Virus record (IMG/VR): IMGVR_UViG_2974759174_000001
Strand: one strand, 5' to 3'
DNA length: 64,000 nt
Source of the DNA: Bixzunavirus cane17
Taxonomy: Duplodnaviria; Heunggongvirae; Uroviricota; Caudoviricetes
The notes beneath the pieces were generated by a model. The model was given only the letters and a program-made list of their open reading frames with translations. It was not told where the DNA came from and did not search any database. This document shows positions 34,432 through 42,384 of this stretch, in pieces. The position numbers and the translations under genes are program-made. How positions within the stretch are numbered: the first letter of the stretch is position 1; each line of letters opens with the position of its first letter.

Positions 34432-34503
34432 GGCCCTGTAGCTCAGAGGAAGAGCGCCGGTCTGTCGAATCGGAGGTCGCGGTATCGTAATCCGTCAGGG
34501 TCG
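34432..34503 (+). tRNA. tRNA-Asp(GTC), atypical T-loop
   Basis: GGCCCTG/CAGGGTC, loop CTGTCGA, T arm GCGG-TATCGTAAT-CCGT. Confidence 0.85.
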
Positions 34504-34563
34504 CAATGCAGAAGGATCGCCGTCTTCCAGGGCGCTCGGCGATGGTGGTCCTTCTGCAGCTAT

Positions 34564-34635
34564 GCCTCGCTAGCTCATTGGTAGAGCCGCTCGCTCATAA
34601 CGTGCAGGTACCTGGTTCGATTCCAGGGTGAGGTA
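34564..34635 (+). tRNA. Elongator tRNA-Met(CAT) (Ile2 not excluded)
   Basis: GCCTCGC/GTGAGGT, loop CTCATAA, no triple G-C. Confidence 0.9.
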
Positions 34636-34641
34636 CGCAAT

Positions 34642-34715
34642 GCCTGTTAGCGGACTGGTCGTCCGATCCAAGCTGATAACTTGGCGTAAGCGGTGTTCGA
34701 TTCACCGAGCAGGTA
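34642..34715 (+). tRNA. tRNA-Ile(GAT)
   Basis: CCAAG-CTGATAA-CTTGG anticodon arm. Confidence 0.9.
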
Positions 34716-34809
34716 CGGTCAGAAGCGCCCCCGGCGTGCGCATGCGTTGGGCTGAGCGCTGCAACCATGAGGGCCCGTCTCGCGCCCGAGAAACCACAAG
34801 CGAGACACT

Positions 34810-34881
34810 GCCTCTATGGTCCAACGGATATGACGCCGGTCTACGGAACCGGAGATGCGTGTTCGATTCGCGCTAGGGGCA
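34810..34881 (+). tRNA. tRNA-Arg(ACG)
   Basis: GCCTCTA/TAGGGGC, loop CTACGGA. Confidence 0.9.
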
Positions 34882-34924
34882 CAAAGGGAGAGGAATACAA
34901 ATCCTGGCTTGCCTCTCCCCTCAC

Positions 34925-34996
34925 GTCCGTGTAGCTCAGGGGTAGAGCGCCTGCTCGACACGCAGGAGGACCGAGGTTCGAAACCTCGCATGGACA
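34925..34996 (+). tRNA. tRNA-Val(GAC)
   Basis: GTCCGTG/CATGGAC, loop TCGACAC (C33). Confidence 0.9.
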
Positions 34997-35090
34997 CGGG
35001 GCATTGGTCTCCTCACCCTCGTCATGGGAGACCCGGTAGGGAGCGTCCCCAAAGGCCGTCGGCGCAAGCCGGAAAACGGGCTCCCACACT

Positions 35091-35160
35091 GTCCTCGCCA
35101 GCGGATCTGGCACGAGGTTTCCGAAGCCACGTTGCGCAAGTTCAACTCTTGCCGGGGACG
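35091..35160 (+). tRNA. Atypical tRNA-Arg(CCG)
   Basis: GTCCTCG/CGGGGAC, loop TTCCGAA, T arm GCAAG-TTCAACT-CTTGC. Compressed D region. Confidence 0.65.
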
Positions 35161-35170
35161 CGTCACATCT

Positions 35171-35243
35171 GCCTCTGTAGCTCAACGGACAGAGCAACGC
35201 GGTCCTAACGCGGTGGCTGGAGGTTCGAATCCTCTCGGAGGCA
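35171..35243 (+). tRNA. tRNA-Arg(CCT)
   Basis: GCCTCTG/CGGAGGC, loop GTCCTAA. Confidence 0.9.
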
Positions 35244-35257
35244 CGCGGTACCCAGAA

Positions 35258-35691
35258 GGGCCTGACAAGGTTTCGACTGGTCGATGGACAACTGAACAGC
35301 GGGCGAGTGTTGGCCGCACTTCTACTCTGAGTGAACGCGGCAACTGATAAACGCAACCGACACGGATGCAACGGTGACCGACGCCGAGATCGAGGCCTTC
35401 TTCGCTGAAGAGGCTGCCGCTCTCGTCTGAGGGAACCAGCCTGGCTCAGCGTGCTGCTGTGCAGCGGCCAGGCTTCATCTCTAACAGCAGCGAACGGACA
35501 TGAGGGAGCGCAAACCCTCGTCCCAAACATCACGAATGCGTCGCACGGGCTCCAGCGTCAGGGGCCAGAGGTGGGAAACGGTGTGAAACTCCTGTCCTGG
35601 GGATCACCGACCGATACGCCAAACCAGGACTACGCCCGTAGAACGCAGTGAGAAAGACACCAGGACAGGGGTTCGAGTCCCCTCAGGTCCA
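35258..35691 (+). ncRNA. ssrA: tmRNA; tag frame 35353-35430 ATDTDATVTDAEIEAFFAEEAAALV*
   Basis: GGGCCTG/CAGGTCC-A acceptor with G3-U70. 5' GGTTTCGAC, 3' T arm GGGGTTCGAGTCCCC. ATAAAC precedes the GCA resume codon. Confidence 0.95.
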
Positions 35692-35784
35692 CGTTTGGTC
35701 GACCTTGCGGTGACGACCAGGGCTAGCGCCGTAGGCGAGGATCGGCGGCGACGAATGGTACATGGCCCTGGTGACCAGACACCT

Positions 35785-35859
35785 TGGGGTATGGTGGCAA
35801 TCTGGCAGTCCCGCCGGACTTTGACTCCGGAGGTGCAGGTTCGAGTCCTGCTACCCCAT
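35785..35859 (+). tRNA. tRNA-Gln(TTG)
   Basis: TGGGGTA/TACCCCA, loop CTTTGAC. Confidence 0.95.
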
Positions 35860-35863
35860 CGAT

Positions 35864-35936
35864 GCCCTTGTAGCTCAGTGGACAGAGCGGCGAGCTTCTA
35901 CCTCGCGGGCCGAGAGTTCGAATCTCTCCAGGGGCA
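35864..35936 (+). tRNA. tRNA-Arg(TCT)
   Basis: GCCCTTG/CAGGGGC, GCGAG-CTTCTAC-CTCGC. Confidence 0.95.
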
Positions 35937-36004
35937 CAGTGTTTCGAGCACGATCTTGAGGTATTCTTCTCGCATGACCGAGAAACAGACCACGCCCCGT
36001 TGAC

Positions 36005-36079
36005 GGGCCGGTATCTTAGTCTGGTCAAAGAAGCGGACTTTTAATCCGCGCGCCGTGGGTTCGAATCCCACCCGGCCCA
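36005..36079 (+). tRNA. tRNA-Lys(TTT)
   Basis: GGGCCGG/CCGGCCC, loop CTTTTAA. Confidence 0.95.
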
Positions 36080-36153
36080 CTCTCTTCGTGTTACCGTACG
36101 TCTCAGCACTCAGGTGGAGTGCGGATCTCGTCCCTCTACCTGAAAGGCGTCTC

Positions 36154-36507
36154 ATGAAGCGCGTCACCATCGGTCGGTACAACACGATGGCTCCCGAAGA
36201 CCTTCCAGTTGCACACATCGTTGCCGTCCAGCGCGGCGGATCTCTCAAAGACATCACCGACAGCTACACCGGCTATATCGAGGGCGAGACCGACGACGGT
36301 AGAAGCTGGATTCTATTCCTCGACGAGAACGGCGCCCCGGAGATCTTCTGGGCCAAGCGGGGCAAGGACGGCGAGGTGTTCGGCCCGCCAGTCGATCTGA
36401 CCGACAAGGACGAGCTGGGGGCCGTCTACGGCACCAGCGATCACCCGATGACCTGGAGCGAGCACGTCAGCCAGCCGAGAACGGGGTTCGGTCAGTCGCA
36501 GCCCTGA
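36154..36507 (+). CDS. Hypothetical protein (117 aa)
   Basis: SD GAAAGG before ATG at 36154. High GC3. Confidence 0.75.
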   Translation: MKRVTIGRYNTMAPEDLPVAHIVAVQRGGSLKDITDSYTGYIEGETDDGRSWILFLDENGAPEIFWAKRGKDGEVFGPPVDLTDKDELGAVYGTSDHPMTWSEHVSQPRTGFGQSQP

Positions 36508-36587
36508 GCGCGTTGGCCAGCTTCTGCAGCAGGTACTGCTGCTGACGGGCGTATCGGTTGGCACAGCAGGATCTGGATCAGAGCTGG

Positions 36588-37064
36588 TCATCCCTCACCG
36601 GCCATGAGCTTGGCGTAGTCGAAGCGCTTGCCGAGCGCGTCGCGGATACCGGCCTGGCCCTCGGAGGAGTCCAGCCCCAGCAGCTCGCCGTCGTAGACCT
36701 TGGCGTACTTGGGCACCGTGGCCTTCTCCAGCAGGTAGTCGCGGCCCAGGTCGGTGATCCGCCATTCGCCGCCTCTGCCACCGTCCTCACGGCTGTCGCG
36801 GCCCTGAATCAGGCCCCACCACTGCAGCTGGGCGGCTTCATGCGTCATGGTCCACAGCAAGCGGGTTTTCGTCCACGTCTGGCCGACGGCCCGCCACTGG
36901 TTGATCAGGGCCCGGGCCATGCCGGAGTTGATCGAGCGCCGGTAGACCTGGGCGCGCTGGCCGCACACCGGGCACTTCACCCCGCCGTTCTCGGCGCCCT
37001 GGATGACGAACTCGCGGCCCTCCCGGATGGTCTGGTCGGCGGTGGGCGGAAAGATGCTCTTCAT
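36588..37064 (-). CDS. Zn-ribbon plus winged-helix-like DNA-binding protein (158 aa)
   Basis: TGATG overlap with the helicase stop. KCPVCGQ; LQWWGLI...WRITDLG wing motif. Confidence 0.7.
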   Translation of the reverse strand: MKSIFPPTADQTIREGREFVIQGAENGGVKCPVCGQRAQVYRRSINSGMARALINQWRAVGQTWTKTRLLWTMTHEAAQLQWWGLIQGRDSREDGGRGGEWRITDLGRDYLLEKATVPKYAKVYDGELLGLDSSEGQAGIRDALGKRFDYAKLMAGEG

Positions 37065-40003
37065 CAGTCCTCCAGTCCGATCAGCCAGTCGATGCTGTTG
37101 CTCTCCTCGGCGGTCACCTCGGCGGTCGTGAGCTCCTCGCGGGTGCCCTGCACCGCCTCGGCGAGCTGGCGCCGTTGCTCGCAGACCTGCCAAATCCGGT
37201 TCTCCACCTTCGACTCCTCGGTGATCATCACGTAGGCCGTCAGGCCGTCGAGATGGCTGTCGGCGCGGTCGATGCGTGCGTTGCGCTGGGTGAGGTCGTC
37301 GTAGCTGTAGAGCGGGTCGGTGTTGATCACGTAGCGGGCCTCCTGCATGTTGAGCCCGTGGCTCCCGGCGTCGGAGGTCAGGAAGCAGGTGAGGTCCGGG
37401 TCGGCCTTGAAACGGTCCTGCGCGGCCTGGGACTCCCGGGCGGTCTGGCCGGTGCCGTAGTGGAGCACGTAGGGCACCTTGAGGTGGTGCTGCAGCGGCA
37501 GGATGCCCATCGAGGTCCAGTGGCAGAAGACGATCGCCTTGTCCTGGGACTCCCGGATCGACTCCAGCCGGTCGTTGAGCATCTCGATCTTGGCCGAGAA
37601 CTTGGCCTGGCATAGCTCGGGGTGCTCAGCCCAGATCTGGGCGGCGATGTCGTTGGTCGAGAACTGCAGCGCTGCCGGGTTGATCGAGGCCACCCGCATG
37701 GCCAGGTAGTGCGGGGCCCGGCTCAGACCCTCATCACGCGCGACCTTGGCGTCGGCCAGGATCAGGTCGTAGATCGCGGCGAGCTCGTCGGTCATCGGCA
37801 CCCACTCCGGGATGCACTCGATGCCCTTGAACTGCTCACGGATACCCGGGTCGGTCTTGCGCACCGCCATGGTCCGGTCGCCGACGCGGTGACGGACCTC
37901 GTGCAGCGCGTCGAGATCCCAGTCGTACCGGGTGATGGAGAACCGTCCGCCGGACTTGGTCACGATCGGGATGTTGGTGACCTTCTCGGCGTAGCGGCTG
38001 ACGAAGTCCTCCTTGGTGCCCAGCGGGTTGGACTTCGGGTGGCCGTCGAGGCTGAAGACGTCCCGGAAGCGCAGCGGCGAGCCGCCGACCACGGTGGCGC
38101 TCATCGGCCAGATGGTGGCCGTGCAGATCCGCACGAGCTTGTCCAGGGCCTTGCGGGCCTGGTTGGCGCCGGACTCGGCGATCACCTTGTGGCACTCGTC
38201 GAGGACGAACAGGACCCGCTTGCCGCGCACCATTTCTTCGAGCGCGTCGAAGTCCACCCGCAGCTTCTCGTAGTTGAGCACCAGGCCCTGACGGGGCTCC
38301 TGGTAGCGCCTGAGTCGGGTGGCCTTGGCCGAGTGATCGTTGATCCAGACGTCGAGTCCGGCCACGTTGGTGAAGTTGCGCATCAGGCCGATCTTGAGCT
38401 TGCTCAGAGTGCAGGCCAGGACCATGTCGATCAGACCCTCGTCGAGCAGCGCGCGGGCCCCGGCGGCGGCACAAAAGCTGTTGTGAGTGAGAGCGTAGTC
38501 ACGGGTGACGTAGAGGTTGTCGGGTGCTTCGACGGTGATGCATACCTGCTCTTCGGCCACACCCTCGTCTCGGATCGTGGTGATGATCTTATGTGGGGTC
38601 TTGCGCTGGACTGGTGACGTGTACGCATTCGCCTTCCGGGACAGCCGGAAGGGCATTACGTCGTCGGGAAAGACCGCCGAAACCCGCCACGATTCCTGGC
38701 CCGGCACTCTTCGTCCGTCGGGTGCGGTGTATCGGGTGACGCGTCCAGCGGAAATTGTGGCACGGCCCCGCAGGCTGCGAACCAGCTCGGCCACCCCGTC
38801 GCGCAGTATCGGACTGGTGGTGGAGAACTCCACCCCGGTCTTGCCGACATAGGCATGCCCGTCGCTGTCCAGGAGCCCCTGCAGCAATGCCAGTCGGTCT
38901 GCCGGGGAGGCGGTGAGGTACTCGCTCGGGATGACTTTCTGAGGGGCCAGCTTGCCCCCAAGGCCGAGTCGGGTAAGGGCTGCCCGGACGTCTGGAGGGA
39001 TTCTGGCGGTGACGGTATATTCGCCCCGGTCCCCGCTGGGTCGGACAGACCAGCCGAATCTCTTCACGATCTCCCGGTCGGTGCACACCGACCACGACGA
39101 TGCACTAGGGGAGACGTTTCCGTCACCCAGGATCACTCCCAGCATGTAGGGGTCCACCGGCAGCGCCGCCGACGGAGAGAAGATCACCGGCCCGCTCAGC
39201 GGCGGAATCTGCCACCGGCGGGCGTAGGGCCTCTCCTGAATCGAGTGCATGAGTTCACGAGTGGTCAGCGTCTTCCAGGGCGACTCTTCGAGCCGCGTCT
39301 TGCGGGTCGGGTCGCTGGGGGTGGCGCGGCGGACCCGGGTGCTGTATTTGCGCACGTTCCACAGGTGGCTGGCGTCGCACCGGACGAAGGTCCCGTCGTT
39401 GAACTCGACGCGATAGACCTGACGAACGCCTTGCGGATGAATGGCTATCACTCGGGTGGGAAGGCCGTCGGACCCAATGACATGATCGCCGGGCCGAAGA
39501 GCGCCCATGGTGCGCCATCCGGTGGGGGTCAGAACCGGTTCTGAGACCGGTTCGGCTTTCCCCGAGCCCGCCGACCAGTTCAGGAAGTAGAACCGCTCCT
39601 CGTTGGTGGTGCCGGTGCGGGCCCGCTCCAGGGCCTGGTTGAGACAGAAGCTCTGGAACTTGCGCAGATCATAGCCCTTGATCGCCAGCGGCTCGCTCCA
39701 CCGGCGGTGGTCTTCGAGGATCCTGGCCGTCGACGGCCCGGCCAGCGGGATGAAGTCGTCTTCGATCAGCAGCTCGACGAACTGGTCGAGCAGGTGCAGG
39801 CCGTTGAGGATCAGGTGACGACTCAGCCAGTCGTGGTAGGTGGTGTAGAAGACGCCCCGCGCGCGCGGGTCTACCGGCTCGACCTGCAGGTATCCCGGGT
39901 ATTCCGGGTGGTCGGCGAACAGGACGATCCGCGCCGGACTCACACCGTGGTCGATGAAGTCCAGGACCGCCGCCTCGACATCTTGGACGTGTCCGAAGGG
40001 CAT
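37064..40003 (-). CDS. SF2 (SNF2-like) helicase containing an intein
   Basis: Motif I SAGSGK|S, DECH, SAT, SDAGSHGLNMQ, QRNARIDR. Confidence 0.9.
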   Translation of the reverse strand: MPFGHVQDVEAAVLDFIDHGVSPARIVLFADHPEYPGYLQVEPVDPRARGVFYTTYHDWLSRHLILNGLHLLDQFVELLIEDDFIPLAGPSTARILEDHRRWSEPLAIKGYDLRKFQSFCLNQALERARTGTTNEERFYFLNWSAGSGKAEPVSEPVLTPTGWRTMGALRPGDHVIGSDGLPTRVIAIHPQGVRQVYRVEFNDGTFVRCDASHLWNVRKYSTRVRRATPSDPTRKTRLEESPWKTLTTRELMHSIQERPYARRWQIPPLSGPVIFSPSAALPVDPYMLGVILGDGNVSPSASSWSVCTDREIVKRFGWSVRPSGDRGEYTVTARIPPDVRAALTRLGLGGKLAPQKVIPSEYLTASPADRLALLQGLLDSDGHAYVGKTGVEFSTTSPILRDGVAELVRSLRGRATISAGRVTRYTAPDGRRVPGQESWRVSAVFPDDVMPFRLSRKANAYTSPVQRKTPHKIITTIRDEGVAEEQVCITVEAPDNLYVTRDYALTHNSFCAAAGARALLDEGLIDMVLACTLSKLKIGLMRNFTNVAGLDVWINDHSAKATRLRRYQEPRQGLVLNYEKLRVDFDALEEMVRGKRVLFVLDECHKVIAESGANQARKALDKLVRICTATIWPMSATVVGGSPLRFRDVFSLDGHPKSNPLGTKEDFVSRYAEKVTNIPIVTKSGGRFSITRYDWDLDALHEVRHRVGDRTMAVRKTDPGIREQFKGIECIPEWVPMTDELAAIYDLILADAKVARDEGLSRAPHYLAMRVASINPAALQFSTNDIAAQIWAEHPELCQAKFSAKIEMLNDRLESIRESQDKAIVFCHWTSMGILPLQHHLKVPYVLHYGTGQTARESQAAQDRFKADPDLTCFLTSDAGSHGLNMQEARYVINTDPLYSYDDLTQRNARIDRADSHLDGLTAYVMITEESKVENRIWQVCEQRRQLAEAVQGTREELTTAEVTAEESNSIDWLIGLED
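38480..39556 (-). mobile_element. Ala1 class 3 intein with LAGLIDADG endonuclease (359 aa)
   Basis: K|AEPVSEPVLTPTGW...SHLW...QVCITV...LTHN|S. LGVILGDG and LQGLLDSDG blocks. Confidence 0.9.
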
Positions 40004-40047
40004 GGAGATCAGTCTACAGGTGAGCTATAGATCACACACAATTCTCG

Positions 40048-40083
40048 GGAATGAATACCCATACCGCTCCGTTATAGTGGGTG
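40048..40083 (+). promoter_or_regulatory. Promoter candidate ...CATACCGCTCCGTTATAGTGGGTG
   Basis: Shares CATACCGCT with 27903-27911 and GTTATAGTGGGTG with 27172-27184 (reverse strand). Confidence 0.6.
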
Positions 40084-40118
40084 TAGGACGCACCACCACC
40101 ACCACAAGGAGAACAAAA

Positions 40119-40421
40119 ATGAGCACCCTCTACATCGCCTCCGCCGCCCTCGACCGCGACTTCGCTGACGCCGTCAGGAAGGGCGAGGCGACCGTCGACC
40201 AGGTCCGCTACGCCCGCGCCCTGATCGAGGTCCACGCGGTCGATGTCTCTCCCTACTACGGCGCCCGCCAGAAGGACGTCCGCTTCGCCCTCGACGTCGC
40301 CGCCCACCTGATCGCCTCCGGCAAGTTCGTCACCACCCACCAGATCCGCTCCCTCTACCCCGCCGGGGGCCTGGCCTACGACCTGATTCGCGACCTGATC
40401 GCCGAAGTCAAGGAGGCCTGA
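40119..40421 (+). CDS. Hypothetical protein (100 aa)
   Basis: CA-rich leader, AAGGAG SD, very high GC3. Confidence 0.8.
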   Translation: MSTLYIASAALDRDFADAVRKGEATVDQVRYARALIEVHAVDVSPYYGARQKDVRFALDVAAHLIASGKFVTTHQIRSLYPAGGLAYDLIRDLIAEVKEA

Positions 40422-40464
40422 GAGCTGCAGCACTTGACCGAATTACACGCGTGAGAGTAAAAAG

Positions 40465-40505
40465 AACGGAGCCCCTACGGCTGGCAGGCCTGGGGCTCCG
40501 TTTTT
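40465..40505 (+). terminator. Intrinsic terminator, possibly bidirectional
   Basis: AACGGAGCCCC/GGGGCTCCGTT stem, TTTTT tail, A-run on the 5' side. Confidence 0.8.
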
Positions 40506-40853
40506 GCAATTCGGGCTGGTTTCGATACTACCGATTGTGGTGGTGCCGGGTCCAGCCCCTAGATGTAGGAGATGCTGCCCGGCGTTTTCTGGGAGAGTCC
40601 GCCTAATCAACCTCCCCGGGTATTCCGACCTGAACCCGCAGGTCAGCGAGCTACAAAGGCCACGAAGCTCGTAATCGCCTTCCCGTGCGTCCAAGTGGAC
40701 GTGCGGCGATCGGTCGTTGCTGTGTGCCTTTTCACAGTCCCTCGGCCCGCCGCCGCACCGTGTGCTTGTGGGAGGGGGGTTTGGGGGGAGGGGCACATTT
40801 GTGCCCATATCCAAATCCCCCGACTATAGGCCCATCAATGGGACACTGGACCT

Positions 40854-41279
40854 GTGAGAGTCAAGAACGAGGACCTGTGGACCCAGGAACTGTCCCTGAT
40901 GGACCGAGACGAGGCCACCCGCAAATTCCGTGATTTCCTGGTGAAATGGGGCGAGCTGGCCGAGGAGGGCATAAAGAGCCTGCCTGAGGAGGGCGCCCAG
41001 GCCGGGCCCTACTTCTTCGCCGAGGCAGTCAGCAAAGCCCTACCGGTTGCCGAGCAAACAATGGGCGGCTACGTCTCGGTCGAGTGGATCGGGCAGATGC
41101 TGCTCTACTTCACCCAGCACGCGGTCTGGGGCGAGGACATGTATGAGGGCCTGCCGTACATCGTGCAGCGCCTGGTCGATCAGGCCGCAGCGGTGGCCAT
41201 CTCCCAGATGCAGGAAGAGGCCGAGTGTGACTCAGCTGATTCCCAGACCGGGGGTGCTAATATCCCTGTAGACGAATAA
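40854..41279 (+). CDS. Hypothetical protein (141 aa)
   Basis: Coding-like codon use. Confidence 0.75.
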   Translation: MRVKNEDLWTQELSLMDRDEATRKFRDFLVKWGELAEEGIKSLPEEGAQAGPYFFAEAVSKALPVAEQTMGGYVSVEWIGQMLLYFTQHAVWGEDMYEGLPYIVQRLVDQAAAVAISQMQEEAECDSADSQTGGANIPVDE

Positions 41280-41328
41280 CAATCGTCGTACCTGCACAAA
41301 CACACGCACACAAGGGAGGTCCCATCAC

Positions 41329-41535
41329 GTGGACGCACCGATGCAAACCCGTGGCCGCAAGGCCTTCTCCGACGTCACGATCAACGTCGCCGCCGACATG
41401 CTGGCCAAGACCACCAGCAGGTCGGATCTCACGACGGAAGAGACCGCCATGATCCTTGGCACCGTCAAAGTCCTCCGCGCGCTGGCCACCCAGGTCGGCA
41501 GGCGGGAAGCGTCCTACGGAAAGAAGAACACCTGA
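41329..41535 (+). CDS. Hypothetical protein (68 aa)
   Basis: CA-rich leader and GGGAGG SD. Confidence 0.7.
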   Translation: MDAPMQTRGRKAFSDVTINVAADMLAKTTSRSDLTTEETAMILGTVKVLRALATQVGRREASYGKKNT

Positions 41536-41711
41536 TGGCCCACATCAACGATCTGCAGACGGCACGCGCGGCGGCGGAATCTGTCGCCAACGATTACGAC
41601 CGCGCCGAGCTGTTCGCCAAGATCGCCTATGCCTCGGCGCTGACCGACATCGCCGCCGCCGTGGAGGACATCTCGCGGGAGTTCAAGAGCAGAAGGCGGA
41701 ACTCACGATGA
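41535..41711 (+). CDS. Small helical protein, 58 aa (MAHINDLQTARAAAESV...), not in ORF track
   Basis: TGATG and ATGA overlaps, high GC3. Confidence 0.7.
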   Translation: MAHINDLQTARAAAESVANDYDRAELFAKIAYASALTDIAAAVEDISREFKSRRRNSR

Positions 41712-42040
41712 TCGAGCTGGCGCTGGACAAGATCGTCATCGACTGCGGGAGCGGCGGGGTCTGCACTCCGCAGCCGTGGCTGGACCCGGTCACCGTGGTC
41801 CAGGGCCCGTGGTGGGAGTCGATCTGGGCGATGATCGTCGGCGCCGTCCTCCTGCTGGCCGTCATCATCGCGGTGGCCATCGTGCGCTGGCGCCACCACG
41901 ACCGGCTGCAGCGCGAGCGCGAGGCCGAGGAGCAGACCAAGCGCCGCGAGATCGAGACCCCGCGCGCCAACTGCCCGACCTGCGGGACCAAGGTCACCCT
42001 GGCCGCGCGGGACAAGAATCAGGACCTCGCATGGGAGTGA
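41708..42040 (+). CDS. Single-pass membrane protein with C-terminal CxxC (110 aa)
   Basis: TM IWAMIVGAVLLLAVIIAVAIV followed by RWRHH. CPTC. Confidence 0.75.
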   Translation: MIELALDKIVIDCGSGGVCTPQPWLDPVTVVQGPWWESIWAMIVGAVLLLAVIIAVAIVRWRHHDRLQREREAEEQTKRREIETPRANCPTCGTKVTLAARDKNQDLAWE

Positions 42041-42312
42041 ACGAGCCAGCCAAGATCGTCGCCTTCGAGATCGAGGCCCGGCTCGACGTCACGCTGCGGG
42101 TGGGAGAGAACGACTTCTACAAGCCCGGCGCCTCCGGACGGCTGCGGTTCAACAAGCTGCCCGACGAGCAGGGCATCAAGGACGCCTACGCCTACCTGCT
42201 GTTCAACGTGGTCGACCCGCAGATCGAAGGCGCCCTGGAGAAGGTCAACGAGCGGCTGGAGATCCAGCGGCGCAAGGAGGCCGGAAATGACACGCAACTT
42301 GGTTCTTCCTGA
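42037..42312 (+). CDS. Hypothetical protein (91 aa)
   Basis: GTGA overlap, high GC3. Confidence 0.75.
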   Translation: MNEPAKIVAFEIEARLDVTLRVGENDFYKPGASGRLRFNKLPDEQGIKDAYAYLLFNVVDPQIEGALEKVNERLEIQRRKEAGNDTQLGSS

Positions 42313-42384
42313 GGGAAGTTTTCATGATTCTTGTCGGTTACTATAGGTACACTCAGGGCACACCCACACCGAAGGAGCACACAC

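Noticed and set aside
28784-36100. Many 60-230 aa ORFs across the tRNA array
   Set aside because: They overlap well-formed tRNAs and lack codon bias and SD sites.
36470-36591. Possible frameshifted small leftward gene (...ANRYARQQQYLLQKLANAL...)
   Set aside because: The coding-like frame has no in-frame start and converges on the 36154 gene. Too little evidence to call a pseudogene.
40572-40829. 85-aa ORF in the gap after the terminator
   Set aside because: No GC3 bias, and it runs through the G-tract and hairpin. Treated as non-coding.
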